This document shows, piece by piece, positions 1 through 13,769 of a stretch of 64,000 bases of DNA; within the stretch, counting starts at the first letter, position 1, and the number at the start of each line of letters is the position of its first letter. The notes beneath the pieces are model-generated. The model was given only the letters and a program-made list of their open reading frames with translations, had not been told where the DNA came from and did not search any database. The translations under genes were made by a program, and so were the position numbers. The DNA is from Lama glama (lineage: Eukaryota), in the NCBI GenBank assembly GCA_028534125.1, contig CM052816.1, forward strand, positions 23,624,001 to 23,688,000, given 5' to 3'.

Positions 1-513
1 TTCTGGATCACAATCCACCACACTATTCTGACCTATTTGCCTTTTGCTGCATTTGCAACCAGTAATTCATTTACAGTTGCTTGTTTTGCGATCGGGGGTA
101 TATTTGTTAAACAGTGCTACCACCTGCTGGTAAGTTTTCCAATAATTCACATTATAGCTAATCCTAAAATGGGAAACAAATTAAGGGATAACCAATATAG
201 TTTATAATTACAACTACATTCGCATGCTACTTTCTAACTGTACTCCCTATTGCAGTATCTGATTTTCACTTTTACAAAGCAGCCAAGTAAATCTTCTAAC
301 CTTACATGTCCAAGCATTTCCTTTCTCAAGAATTTGTAATTAATTTTGTCTACTTCCTAGAATATGCATATTTGGGAGAACATTTTACTAACCTTTTATA
401 TAATATGATATCAAACTTGTTGTCTACTAATAATGTAAGCCAGCAGTACCCATATTTTTATGCACAAAATCATTACCTGGTGAGGAGGTTACTTAAAAAT
501 GTAGATTTCTGGA

Positions 514-1082
514 TGTGATGGTCAATTTTATGTGTCAGCCTGAGTGGGCCACTAGGCACCCAGATTAAACATGGCTTCTCCATGTGTCTGTGGGGTTGTT
601 TTGAGATGAGGTGGCACATTAGCCAGCGGACTCAGTAGACTGCTCTCCCCGGTGTGTTTGGGCATCACTAATTCATTGAAGGCCTGAACAGAACAAGAGG
701 CAGGAGGAGGGGGAATTCACTCTTTTTTCCTGCCTCACTGGTTGAGCGAGGACATTTCATCCCACCTCATGTCATCTCTTCCTGTCTTCAGACTAGGATT
801 CACACCAGTGGGTCCCCTGGTTCTTGGGCCTTCAGACTCTTACTGGGTTATCCCCCTGGCTTTTCCTGGGCTTCCAGCTTGCAGATGGCACATCCTGAGC
901 CTTCTTAGCCTCCACCATCAGGTAAGCCAGTTCCTATTAGAGATGCACATAGATATACACACATACATACGTACGAAGAAGACGAGAGGAGAGAGGATAT
1001 ATACAGATGAACGTCTATATAGACATAGATACAGAGATACATGTCATTGGCTCCTTTCCTGCAGAGAACCCAGACTAAAACA
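514..1082 (+). mobile_element. 5' LTR, MLT2-type (ERVL)
   Basis: Starts TGTGATGGTCAATTTTATGTGTCA, ends ...GAGAACCCAGACTAAAACA. Contains the low-complexity ATAC/AGAT tract typical of MLT2. Confidence 0.88.
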
Positions 1083-4000
1083 GATTTTGGTACCAAGAGT
1101 GGTTTTAGGAGAATGGACTGTTAAAGATGAGTTTCCTGAACTGGCTCAAGGGCTTCTGGAATTGGCATTCAATGTGATCACATTGAAAGATGCTAATGAC
1201 TATGTCTAGCATGAAAGAGAGCACTGCTAGTCCATGGCATGGTCTGGCAATACACATACATCAAACACCTGCATTGGACCTTCCTAATCAACCACTTAGA
1301 AGTAAGGAGCTAGATGACACTGCACAATGCTAACAATTTTGGAAAACATTAATGTAACAATGTTGGCTGGTTGCCCCTGATGTCACTGAACAGAGGGGTG
1401 CAAGGAAAGGATGAGCTCTGGGGTGTGAATTCCTAGCTTAAGAGAGCATAAATAATCTAAGAGCTCGATGTCTGCCCTGAAGGAGACCCTCATCTCCTGT
1501 AGCTGCTGGCTGAAATTTCTGAAAAGCAAAAGCAAAATCTCATCCTGCGAATGACTGAATTACAATGAAATTTGAACACTCAGCCTGGCAACGGTCTACT
1601 GTTAAAGTGAGAGCACTAAATGGGAAAGAACAGGATTGTGTGTATTTGGATGAGGACAAGTAGGAAGACCCTGATGAAGCTGGGGCATTGCACCCTTACA
1701 TTTTAATAAGTCTTCTTTACTAGGGGAAGCGGCCTCCCCACCCCAGTGGTATCTACCTTGTCACCTCCATCTGAGGAGTTTAAACCTCCAGTGTCTGAGG
1801 AGACTGGAGGGGCCTCCTCTGATTCCCCTGAGGACCCACCCTCCTACCTTTCTTCCTTTCTAGACCTACAACTAGACTCAAGCTCCAGTAGTCCCCTAAA
1901 GGGATAGAACAACACATGATTCATGAGGAGATGCATTACACTCTAAGGATTACCTGAGTTTTTTATTTATACAGATAGAGTCTAGGGAATGTGTGCAAAT
2001 GAAAACTAACAGTGAGGAAGAGCGGCAGAAGGATATAAGGTTGGATTAGGCAGAATATGTTCATATGTGCTCACAAGGCAGAGAGTCTGCATTTAAGTTG
2101 CAGTGTGAGGAGTCAGAAAGGGCTCTAAGAGTTTGGTGGGTTGAGCAAAATATGTAACAAAAGGTGGCTGACAGTGAGTGAACTAGAAATGCAGGACCTG
2201 CCTTAGTTTAATGGAAGGAAATGGATTTAAAGGCTTAGGCAGTTGGAACGTTAGAGTCCATGTGTCGTTCAAGACCTATTTGGCCACAATGGGAGGGTGC
2301 AGAAGGCATACCTTTCATCAGTACTGTGAGCAATAAACTGGTGAGGAGAGCCTGGGCATCCTTGAAGAGCTCTCATTGCTCTTCTCTGTACGCCAGACCT
2401 CACGGTGGGAACTGTAGGCACTGAATGGTGAGACCCAAATATAGTGAGAACAATCTCCTTATGGGAAGGCAAGGGCCAAATGGCAGCACTCAAGCACCAA
2501 AGACAAGGGGGCATGGTTATTGTCGTGGACCGCAGAGTCAACGCAGCTATCAGAATAGTCTGACTTACAGAAGCCTTTGATGCTGGCTAGTTAATCATGG
2601 TATTTCCAGAAGTGAAGCAGATAAAAAGCCTTCTCAATTCTTACTCAATCTCCTTCAAGCAAAGATGTTCTAGGTGAACACAAGTCCAAACTGAATCGTA
2701 AGAATAGAGAATCACATCTCCTCAATCAATCACCAGATTTAATCCAGTTTACAGACCCAAAACCCCTGGAATAAATGGGAGGCCAGGTCTCCTAGAACAA
2801 AGATTCTGTTACACTACCAAAAATGTGTATTATTAGTCTTCCTTTCAGGTTTTCCCAAAAGGGAACTATGGCCCTTTACCATGGCAACTGTACAAAACTT
2901 TGGGGGACTACTGGCACCAGGCTCTGAACTGACACTAATCCCAGGAGACCCGGACATGATCGTGACCCACCACTCAGAGCCGGGACTGACAAAGTCAGGT
3001 AGTCAGCAGCGTTCTAGCTCAGGTCATCCAGCTCCAGAATGCATCACTGCAATTGACATAGCAGCTGGCAGAATCCCCACAGTGGTGCCGCGGCTTGTGG
3101 AGCGAGGGATGTTGTGGTAGGAAAGGCCAAACAGAAGCCGTTAGAACTGCCTCCCTACCTAGAAAAATAGTGACCCCAAAACAATAGCTCATTCCTGGAC
3201 AGACTGCAGAGATCAGTGCCATCACTGAGGACTTTAAAGGTTACCATCACGTCCCTACCCAACTTTCCCATTTGGCCTGTGCGGAAGACAGATGGATTTT
3301 TGAGAATGACAGTGGATTACAGTCAACTAAACTAGGCGGTGAGTCCAACTGCAGCTGTAGTATCAGATGTGGTTTCACTGCTTGAGCAAACTAACAGGCT
3401 CCCTGCTATCAAGACCTCAGCCACTGAGCTGGAAAATGCCCTTTTATCCATTCCTGTCCACAAGGAGTTGTTTTGTTTTGTCTTCTCCAGCTGGCAAGGC
3501 CAGCATTACAATCCCCCTGTGCTATCTTAAGGATATACCACAACTCGAGCCCTGTATCATCATTTAGCTCAAAGACGTTGACCACGTTTTCCTTCTGTAA
3601 GATTTCACCCTGATCCATTACACTGATAACATTATGCTGATTGGAACTAGTGAGCAAGAAATAATAACTAGTGTAGCCTAGGCACTATCTGACCCACCAA
3701 GCTATAAAGTTAGGCACACACGGCAGCACTCCATGTTGACCCACGATCGGCCTCAAGCAGGCACATGGTTATTCACTTCAGTAGGAAGGAGAAATGGCCA
3801 GATGTATGATTCTATACTAGCCTATGGGCTGTGGTTAATGGTTTGTCTGGATGGTCATGGATTTGGATGAAACATAATTGGCAAATTGATGAGGAAATCC
3901 GGGAAGGAAGTAGGGGGACTGACCCTTCTGGTTGGGGAAAAAACACTGAGATACTTGTGTCCCATTGAAATGTTCCACCAAGTGTGATCTCAGCCAAGGA

Positions 4001-4410
4001 GGATTTTAATAATTAAGTGTATAGGATGACCTATTCTATGGAAACCAGGATGGTTTTTGATCCAGCCATCCCAGTCATCACCAAATGAGCTCATGAACAA
4101 AGTGGCCCCAATGGCAGGGATAGAGTTTATGTATGGGCTCAGCGATATGGAATTCCATTCACTGAGACCAATCTGGCTACAACCACTAGTAAGTGCTTCA
4201 TCTGCCAGCAACAGAAACCAATTCTGAGCTCCTAACACGACACCAGCTCCCTAGTAGTAGACTGATTACACGGGACCACTACCATCATGCAAGGTGCAGT
4301 GTTTTGTGCTTATAAGAATAGACAGTCACTCTGAATATGAATTTACCTTCCCTGCACTCAATGTTTCTTTAAAAACTATCATTCATGAATTTAAAGAACA
4401 GCTTATCCAT

Positions 4411-4930
4411 CCATCAACAGGTGACTGGATAAAGAAGATGTGGTATATTTATACAATGGAATACTACTCAGCCATAAAAACCGACAACATAACGCCATTT
4501 GCAGCAACATGGATGCTCCTAGAGAATGTCATTCTAAGTGAAGTAAGCCAGAAAGAGAAAGAAAAATACCATATGAGATTGCTCATATGTGGAATCTAAA
4601 AAACAAAAACAAACAAACAAACAAACAAAAACAAAGCATAAATACAGGACAGAAATAGACTCATGGACAGAGAATACAGACTTGTGGTTACCAGGGGGGC
4701 AGAGGGTGGGAAGGGATAGACTGGGATTTCAAAATTGTAGAATAGATAAACAAGATTACACTGTATAGCACAGGGAAATATACACAAAATGTTATGATAA
4801 ATCACAGGGAAAAAAATGTGACAATGAGTGTGTATATGTCCATAAATGACTGAAAAATTGTGCTGAACACTGGAATTTGACACAACATTGTAAAATGATT
4901 ATAAATCAATAAAAAATGTTAAAAAAAAAA
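4411..4930 (+). mobile_element. Young 5'-truncated L1 (ORF2 C-terminus + 3' UTR + polyA) inserted in the ERVL
   Basis: Encodes WIKKMWYIYTMEYYSAIK...FAATWMLLENVILSEVSQKEK; AATAAA and A-tail; exact TSD aaagaacagcttatccat at 4393-4410 and 4931-4948. Confidence 0.95.
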
Positions 4931-6166
4931 AAAGAACAGCTTATCCATCATCATGGTATTCCATGCTGCATTGTTTCAGATCAAAGAACTCACTTGGCAG
5001 CCAGAGGAGGGCAGTAATGGGCCCGTGCTCAAGGAATTTATTGGTCTTGCCATATTTCTCACCATTCTGAAACAGCTGGCTTGATAGAATGGTATAGTAG
5101 CCTTTGAAGACTCAGTTACAGTGCCAGCAAGGTGGCAGTACCTTGCAGGATAGTAGCAAGGTTCTCCAGAAGCCTGTATACACTCTAAGTTAGCATCCAA
5201 TATAGAGTGCTATTTCTCCTTAAGCCAGGATCCACAGGTCTGGGAGTCAAGGAGTAGGAATGGCAGTGGAACCACTCAGTATTTCTCCTGGAACCTACTA
5301 GCAAAATTTTTGCTTTGTGCTTTGGAGACTCTGTACTCTGCTGAGCTGGAGATCTTAGTTCCAGCGGAAGGAATTCTTTCCCCAGAAGACGCAACAATGA
5401 TTCCACTGAACTGCAAGTTAATAACTCCACCCCACTGTCCACTTCGGGTTCCTCATGCTTCTGAAGCAACAAAGAAGGGAGTTTCAGTTTCAGCCTGGGT
5501 AACTGAGCTCACGCTAAGGAGAAACTGGACTACTACTCTACCATGGGAGCCAGGAAGAGTAAGTCTGGAATACAGGAAATTCCCTAGGGAGTCACTTAAT
5601 GTTACCATATCCTGTGATCAAGTTCAGAAGAAAACTTCCCCAACCAAATCCAGACAGGACTACTAATGGTCCAGACCCTTCAGGAATGAAGATTTGGGTC
5701 ACCCCACCAGTTAAAGAACCACAACCAAGGTAAACACCTCAGGTGAAGAAAATGATCAGTGGCTTGTCTAGATGGATAGCGGAAGAAAGTAGTTACAAAT
5801 ACTAGCTACAAGCACGTGACCAGCTGCAGAAATCAGGGCTGTTTCTTTACCACTCAGATACACACATGCACACATGCTTGTTCCTTTTCCTCTATTATTT
5901 CATCATGTAATGGAAGATATACTGATTATAACTATTATGTATTGTTAATTTAACATCATAGAATAAGTTACAGACTATCAAAAAGAAGAGTAAACATCAC
6001 TCAAGAACTCTATCTCCTTTACTGGTGAAACAGTCAGTGCATTTTCAATTCCACACAGGATCGTTGCAGCATAATAGAATTATGTATGGCCTTGTTATTG
6101 TCATTATTGGGGATTAAGTGTGGTTTAAGGAGATAAGAATGGGTGTCAAGGTAACAAGAGGTGGGT

Positions 6167-6675
6167 TGTAATGGGTCATTTTGTGTGATTTTGTGTGTCA
6201 ACTTGAGGGAGCCACAGGGTGCCTGGATTGTATGTTATTGGAAGGAGTGTTTGAGTAGGTTTCTGGATGAGATTAGCATTTGAATCAGCACACCCTATAA
6301 AGCAGACTGCCCTCCCCAATGTGCTTGGGCAGCATCCAATCTGCTGAGGGTCTCATTAGAACAAAATTAGGAGGAGGGAGAAATTTGCCTCTTTTTTCCC
6401 GCCTTACTAGTTCAGACATCTCATCCCACCTTCTACAGGCTCAGTCCAAATCCACAACATCAGCTCCTCTGGTTCTCAGGCCTTCAGACCTGGACTGAAT
6501 TACACAACCAGCTTCCCTGGTTCTGTAGCTTGCAGGTGGCATACTGTGGTACTGCTCTGCCTCCATCATCACGTGAGCCGATTTCTCATAATAAATCACC
6601 ACATATACACATACACACACCCACACGTGTACCTATCCTATTGGTTCTGTTTCTCTGGAGAACCCTTGTATTACG
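6167..6675 (+). mobile_element. 3' LTR, MLT2-type (ERVL)
   Basis: Starts TGTAATGG...TTTTGTGTGTCAACTTGA, ends ...CCTATTGGTTCTGTTTCTCTGGAGAACCCT; collinear with the 5' LTR. Confidence 0.88.
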
Positions 6676-7542
6676 TTTATCTCCTCAACATTCTAATTCA
6701 TTTCTGGAATGGAGTCAGAAAAAAAAAGTGTGTTTAATGAGCACCCCGAGTAATTCTCATGATGAGGCAAATTGCAAACCTCAAACTTCAGCAGTCCATC
6801 CTGGCTCTACCTGTAATTGACTCAGTCAGTCTAATAAGGTCAAATAACTGTTCTAAACCTCAGTTCTTTGTAAGAGAAACATGGGGACTACAGTAAATTC
6901 CAGCCACTAGAAAATCTCTGATAAACTTCCACTGTGGACAGACGCTTTCCAAAATAAAAATTCTGAATAGGCATAAAGTTGATCTATGGAAGGCAAGCCC
7001 ATGTGATAACTGAATTTTCACATATTGGATAATCGGAAAAAGTTTTGTTTTATTTAGTCAGCAATGTTGAATCTCCAATTAATTATCCCACTAGAGCATG
7101 AACAGTTGCAAAATAAATGTTAACCTTAGAGAATAATGGGAGAAAAGAAACCTGTCACTATCAGTGAGTCTGGGAAAGTAAGCATTCAAGTGTTTTCCAA
7201 CTAGATGCTTTGTCAGAATCCTTTACTTGCTCACAGAGTGCAGCTGAACAATGTCAGAGCAGGAAGACAATAACCAAGGGAAAATTTAAGGGATTCCTGG
7301 CTGCAGATGCATTAGCTAACAGCCTCCAGATGCTGAAAATCCAATGTCCCACCATTATTAGGAGAAAAATCAGTGAAAAGTTAGCCTTACTTGGAAAGTA
7401 AGCCTTATTTGGATGTGAAAATGAATGATGTTAGAAGGAAGCAGAGGCTGGTTTAGAACTGACTGACCCAGGCAAAGGAGAAGAAGCCATTCGGTGACTT
7501 ACAGACCTATTTTCTATCACATGATTAATGTGTAAAACCAAT

Positions 7543-7605
7543 ACAGTTGGCCCTCCGTATCCATGGAATGTACACCTACGGCTTCAACCAATCACGACTG
7601 CAATT
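7543..7605. mobile_element. MER2/Tigger-type terminal fragment
   Basis: TA-CAGTTGGCCCTCCGTATCCATGG terminal inverted repeat signature. Confidence 0.6.
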
Positions 7606-8369
7606 TGCAAAATACAGGTCAAAGACAAAAGGACGGTCTGCATTGGCAAAACACAAAGTCATTCCAAGTGAAAACACCAGTGACTCATTAAGATAAAGGA
7701 CAGCACAGCAGCTCTGGAAATCCTGCTCCCCACTCCTTTGTCCTCAGCCTCACCAGCATTTAGTATCACAGGGAGAGCTAAACCTTCCATGTGGTCAACA
7801 GGTAGAGCGTCCAGGAATGGGCTGCTGAGGACTGTGGTAGCTGGTTAGAAACTGGCTTTGCCATCTCATGTTTAAGATTTTTTTGTTTCATAGGTACACC
7901 TTCATCTGGTGATTTAAAAAAATCCTCTTCCTCATTCTCCCCTAAGCTGCTCATCTCCAGCTGTTGTTGTACAGCCTGACAGCTGCCCTCAGTCTAACTG
8001 ACAGAGTAGAAGAACCAGCACTGGGTCTCACACAGAGGTAATCCAATCAATTGTTCTACTTGCTGAAACTCCACTGCCTTGCACTATCCAAAGAGGCAAC
8101 AGGCTATAGTCTACACTGAGAGCTAGCTATGTACCAGCTAGAACGTCCACCTGTGCCCTATGTGGATGCCACTGGTTCCTTGGGTGCATCACACCAAATT
8201 CATTAAAACTCAAGAAAAAAGTTTCCATTGGGAACCACAGGAAAAAAAACTCATTTATTCTATACACCTGCCAAATATATTAGCTTTCTAAATTTAGAGA
8301 TGATAGGCAGGTATTTCTAATTTTATAGTGAAAAACAGCATGTCTTCATAATGCTTGCCGATTTTAAAA

Positions 8370-9160
8370 TCCTTCCACAAGTCCCCTCTATCACGTCAAG
8401 TAGCAATAAATTTCACCAAACCAGAAACCTAGGAATCTTGCTTTATTCTTCCATTTTCTTTCAGTTCTGAAGTGCAATCCATTTCCAAGATTCTCATTTT
8501 TGCCTCCCAAATGTCTTTGAATCTTCTCAGTTCTCTCCATACTCAGTACCATCGAGTAGCCTAAAATGCTCTTTTATCAAATCATCATTCAAAAACAGCC
8601 TAAAAAATCTCCCTGTGTCTAAGCTTGCCCCTCTCTAGTTAATCCTCTCTTCTGTAATCAAAGTGATCTTTCTAGAAGGCAAACAAATATTGATCGTACT
8701 TTTTGCTTTGCTTGAAGTCTCCTGAATCTTGACTATTTCACTTAGGAGCTTGCTGTTTAAAATGTGGTCCATGAAGCTGCAGCATCAGCGATATGTAAGA
8801 GCTTATTAGAAATGCAGAAAAGCAAGTTCTAGTAAAAACTTAGCGACTAAGAGTCTACACTGTAAAATTCCTGTGTGATTTAAATGCACATTGAAGAACC
8901 ACTACATTAGGACGAAATCCAAAGTCATGGCTCACAAGGATCTGGATGAGCCAGCCCCACATTAACCTGCCCTGCCACTTCTCTTGAACCCCCAACCATC
9001 CAACCTGTCAAGATGCTATGAGCCCACTTCCATTTAGATTTTCAAATGTCTGTTTATTTTTTTCTGAAACTCTTTTCTACACCACCCCCAACTTCTTCCT
9101 TCTAACTCCTACTCATTTTAACTATTCTCCCAAGAAACTTTCCCTGGTAAACTGTTTCAA
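8370..9160 (+). mobile_element. Old L2 fragment interrupted by a MER5-like element (~8750-8905)
   Basis: L2-like ccagaaacctagga...aaagtgatctttctagaa; MER5A-like tgtggtcc...agcatcagc...ttattagaaatgcaga...gaaccact. Confidence 0.55.
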
Positions 9161-9668
9161 CCAGGTATTGTAGTAACATACTTACCAAAGAACTTCTCTC
9201 ACTATTGTCAGAGATCTTATTCGATTGTACAAAACACTGTAAGAACTCTAGAAATAAAAACCTAGTTTAATATGTTAGTTACATAACCCCCCAAAATTAG
9301 CACATTCTAAATAAATATTAACTAAATAAATATGGACCAAAAAAAGATTACCTGAGAGCTTAGTTGTTTTTCTTCCCTTACCAAACTACACAGAAAAGTA
9401 ATTTTGTATTTTTTAACTTCCATAAAACCTAATTCTGGAAATGTAAACACACTCAGTCACTAAGAGGAGGCGATCCAGAAGGCAGTGTCTCAGATGAGAA
9501 ATCCAAAGCCAGGTAGCCTGTCTAGGAGGTGGTTAAGCTGACAGCGGCAGTCAACACGGGAGATTCAGACCCGCATCAGTGGCAAAGGCACGGGGTCAAG
9601 CAGATGAGAGCAGGACGGTTTGAAGTGGGACAGAGAACGCAGAAAATTTCCCTCAGTCTGAGAACACA

Positions 9669-10354
9669 CCGCTGACCCTTAAACAACACAGCTTTGAACT
9701 GCGTGGGTCTGTAACCAAGCAGGATCCTACAGGGCCTTCCCAGCACAGACCCCTCCCCCCATGTTCCTCTCTGAAGTACACGGATAACGGTATCTGACGC
9801 ACGTTCCCGAGTTGTTTTACAGGTGCTAAAACCCACCAAATGGAAGACGTGAACTACTTGATGACCATGAGCATGTAGCCCCCAGACCTACTGGAGCCTG
9901 CGGACTGATTATGTTAACGCCTGTGACACCTCCCAGCTACCGCACCATCGGCCAGTCAGAGAACTGTGCGTGAGCTGATCTCACACCTTGCGTGTGACTC
10001 CCCTTCCTCATCTTCCTTTAAAACTGCTTTCCTGAAATCCACTGGGGAGTTTGGGTTTTGTGAGCATGACCTGCCCTGGACTCCTTGTCTGGCGCCTTAC
10101 AATTCCCACCGCTCTCCTTCACCACAACCAAGAGTCAGCACTTCGGCTTCACTACTGCATGCGGGCAAGCAGACCCAAGTTTGCTTTGGTAACAGTTTCA
10201 CTTATATTTGATTTTTTTCACCAAATATGTACTGCAGTACGGTGCGCGGTTGGTTGAATTTGTGGATGCAGAATGTTGCGTACAGAGAGCTGACTATAAA
10301 GTTACATGCAGAGTGTTAGTGCCCCCAACTTCCTCACTATTCGGGGATTAACTG
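9669..10354. mobile_element. Tigger2-like (MER2 group) MITE split by an LTR
   Basis: Left end ..TGACCCTTAAACAACACAGCTTTGAACTGCGTGGGTC resumes as CACTTATA after the LTR; right end ...GATTAACTG-TA. Confidence 0.75.
9710..10194 (+). mobile_element. Solo LTR, ERV1-like
   Basis: TGTAAC...GGTAACA termini, cctttaaaa TATA-like box, typical U5 end gcagacccaagtttg..tggtaaca. Confidence 0.8.
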
Positions 10355-12089
10355 TATTTTGTAAAGAGAAGCCTGCACACTTAGCAATGCATGGTTCAAT
10401 GAGTAAAGAACCGAACTGTCCATGATGTTATGTTTTGTTCTCTTTCAAGGCTATTGCTTCTTTCTTCCTCTCTCACTCCTTTCATCTGTGAATAATTTTC
10501 ACCACTAAATAATAACATTTTCATTTTAAAAATGCTTTTATACGCTATATAACTGCTATGTGGATAATGAATTATTGCATTTCCAGAGTAGATGTCAGGA
10601 TATCAGTGACAGTAAACCAAACAAGTAATTATAAAATCCTGGACAGAGACTGTGGTCGTGGAGGTAGAGAGGATAGATACATGTGAGTGTTATTAAAGAG
10701 GCAGAGTTGATGATAGATTATGAACTGAAATGTAACCTCATTGGCTGACTTTTTAATACCTTAATATCTGATTATATCCCACACTTTGCTGAGGAGACTG
10801 TAAAAGGAAAGTGCTCTCTTCCTCGGCCACTGCTCATCAGGAAGGCCATGTCTGACTAGAGGGCTCTGAAGATTGTCAAGCCCATTGGTGAAAAGCTAGG
10901 TGAGTAGGTGAGTTTCAGCCCAGCAGCGCTCAGGCTCTCCTTGCGCTGGAGATGAATTCAGACCTTAAGGCCCAGTGAAGGCAGCTGAATATTAACAGCA
11001 GCCAAGGAAAGTGAAGTTGACAGCAGTCAGAAGGCTCTTAGGATCTTTACTCCCATTCCTCCACTGAAAACTTTCCAGAAAAACCAACTCTGGTAAGTAC
11101 CTGATTTGGAGAAAAAGTTCAGTGGGAAATACAATGTCTTTAATGCTCAGAGGAGAATGATACCTAAGCCAACTCAAAAAAAAAAAAAAGCTGTACAAAA
11201 AATACACAGAAGTGTCCCAGAAACCACACTCGGACAGCCGTGCGCATGTGACCCTACAGGACTCAGTCTTTCCAAGCGAAAGTGTGGGCAAGAGAATCCA
11301 GGTGAATCACGAAGATTTCTTTGGATAAAAAACACAGTGGAACAATGTGGAACACAAGGGTGGAACTTTCTCTGTTGTCTGACAAGAAGCTCTGTGAGCA
11401 AGGATATTAATTGTAAATACTCACTGTCTCAGTTGTAAACAAAAATGCAAATATTATTAAAATTTTTAAATAAAGTAAGTTCCATAATCTAATTTCACAG
11501 ACTTCCTAGAAATAAGAGAAGCCCCCTTTCAGGAGGATGAATGAAACCCCAGCAAGCTAAAGCACAGCCATTCTATACAGGCTCTTATTCCAGAAGGTAC
11601 CACCGAGTTTCTGTTACCTGGAACTACTTACCACCTAACAGAGTGACTTGCAAGCATTTACGTTACATCATTTTGCTTTACTGTCTTAAATATTGCCAAG
11701 CAAGTAGCACTAGAAAGCAGCAGAGAGATCTTATTAACACCTGCTTAACACCTTGTTAATACCATGTGCATTCAGCACAGACCAAAAGCTGCTCTGGAAA
11801 TAAGGACAAACCCTTAAGGTAAGGCCTACTTTAAACCTACCCTAAAACAAATTACAACCAAGTCCGGAAAGATCAGCAAGAAATCAATACTTTGAAGATT
11901 GATTCCACAAGAAAGAGGGGCTTAAAAAGAAACCTGTGCTTTCTAGAGATTCTAACAAAGCGTAAAATCAAACCTACAGAAGTCCAATGTGATCAATTAG
12001 TAATTTACCTGAATGCTGAAAGAAAAATTCAGATTTTCTATAATGTTTTATCAATAATGTACAGTACATAGGAAAAAATACTAGACACA

Positions 12090-13400
12090 CAAAAACAAAA
12101 ATAAACTCAAAATGGCTTAAAGACTTAAACATAAGAAAAGACATGAAAAACCTCCTAAGAAAACATAGGCAAAACATTCTCTGACATATATCTTAGCAAT
12201 GTTCTCCTAGGGCAGTCTACCCAGGCAATAGAAATAAAAGCAAAATAAACAAATGGGACCTAATTAAACTTATAAGCTTTTGCACAGCAAAGGAAACCAT
12301 AAGCAAAACAAAAAGACAACCTACAGAATGGCAGAAAATACTTGCAAAAGATGTGACTGACAGAGGTTTAATTTCCAGAATATATAAACAGCTCATACAA
12401 CTTAATAACAAAAAAACTAACAACCCAATTCAAAAGTGGGCAGAAGACCTAAACAAGCAATTTTCCAATGAAGACATAAAAATGGCCAATAGGCACATGA
12501 AAAATGCTCAGTATCACTAATTATCAGAGAACTGCAAATCAAAATTATAATGAAGTATCACCTCACACCAATCAGAATGGCCATCATTCAAAAGTCCCCA
12601 AATGATAAATGCTGGAGAGGGTGTGGAGAAAAGGGAACCTTCCTACACTGTTGACAGGAATGTAGTTTGGTGCAGCCATTATGGAAAATAGTATGGAGAT
12701 TCCTCAAAAAACTAAAAATCGACTTACCATATGATCCAGCAATCTCACTCTGGGCATACATCCAGAGGGAACTCTAATCTGAAAAGATACATGCACCCCA
12801 ATGTTCACAGCAGCACTATAGACAATAGCCAAGACATGGAAGCAACCTCAATGTCCATCAACAGATGACTGGATCAAGAAGTTGTGGTATGTTTACACAA
12901 TGGAATACTACTCAATTATAAAAAAGAATAAAATAATGCCATCTGTAGCAACACGGATGGACCTAGAGATTGTCATTCTAAGTGAAGCCAGGAAGAGAAA
13001 GAAAAATACCATATGATATCACTCATATGTGGAATTAAAAAGAAAGAAAGAAAGAAAAAGGATACTATGAACTAACCTACAAAACAGAAACAGACTTGCA
13101 GACATAGTAAACAATCTTATTACCAGGGAAAGGGGGTGAGAAGGGATAAATCTGGGAGTTTGAGATTTATAAATGTTAGCCACTATATGTAAAAAAAAAG
13201 ATTTTAAAAAAAAGTTTTTTCTGTACAGCACAGGGAACTATGTTTAATATCTTATAATAACATTTAACGAAAAAAGAATATGAAAACAAATATATGTATA
13301 TATATGCATGACTGGGCCATTGTGCTGTATACCAGAAGTTGACACATTGCAACTGACTGTACTTCAATAAAAATAAATAAATGAATAAAAATTTTTTTAA
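12090..13400 (+). mobile_element. 5'-truncated L1 (ORF2 3' part + 3' UTR)
   Basis: Recognisable ORF2 sequence (KWLKDLNI..., CWRGCGEKG..., MEYYS) with disablements, followed by 3' UTR, AATAAA and an A-rich tail. Confidence 0.95.
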
Positions 13401-13769
13401 AAAATTGAAGATTCTCTTGGAATTTCAGTAGAATTAAGTTTCATTGAGTTCTTCATACCTTATATCATGTGAAAGTCACAAGAACAGTTCAACACAAAAA
13501 TTACTAAACATCTATAACTTATTTTTCTGTGAATTTTTTTCCTGTAAAACAGCTGAGCTTACCATCATTTATTTCTCTGCACCAGAAACAGGAAAATCAT
13601 TAAGATATTATGCAGTATAAAATTAAAGGACTTAACCTCGTAGGGGATAATACCTTTTTCTGATTTATGATTATGTTTTATCCTATGACACAGTAGCTAA
13701 TTCCGGCTAATTTAGAAAGGTCAATAGGTATAGAAGTGTATTACTTTCATTTTCAACAGCAGTTAGTCC

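Larger units (their letters stand above)
514..6675 (+). mobile_element. Decayed ERVL provirus (MLT2-type LTRs + gag/pol/IN/dUTPase remnants)
   Basis: Two related LTRs; gattttggtacc follows the 5' LTR and a purine tract precedes the 3' LTR. RT remnants include 'VRKTDGF..RMTVDY' (~3280-3320) and HYTDNIML for the YIDD motif (~3616-3640). Integrase remnants at ~4000-4400 and ~4950-5300; dUTPase-like ORF 5310-5666. Many stops, frameshifts and deletions; no env. Confidence 0.9.

Noticed and set aside
742..1209. 155-aa ORF
   Set aside because: Runs through LTR and low-complexity sequence into the ERVL leader; chance ORF.
4294..4599. 101-aa integrase-L1 ORF2 fusion ORF
   Set aside because: Accidental in-frame junction created by the L1 insertion; no promoter or proper start is evident.
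5310..5666. 118-aa ORF as a domesticated dUTPase
   Set aside because: It is the ERVL dUTPase remnant, visibly degenerate, within a provirus full of disablements.
514..6675. DUX-type motif in MLT2 LTRs (zygotic promoter hypothesis)
   Set aside because: No intact TAAYYYAATCA motif was found in either LTR.
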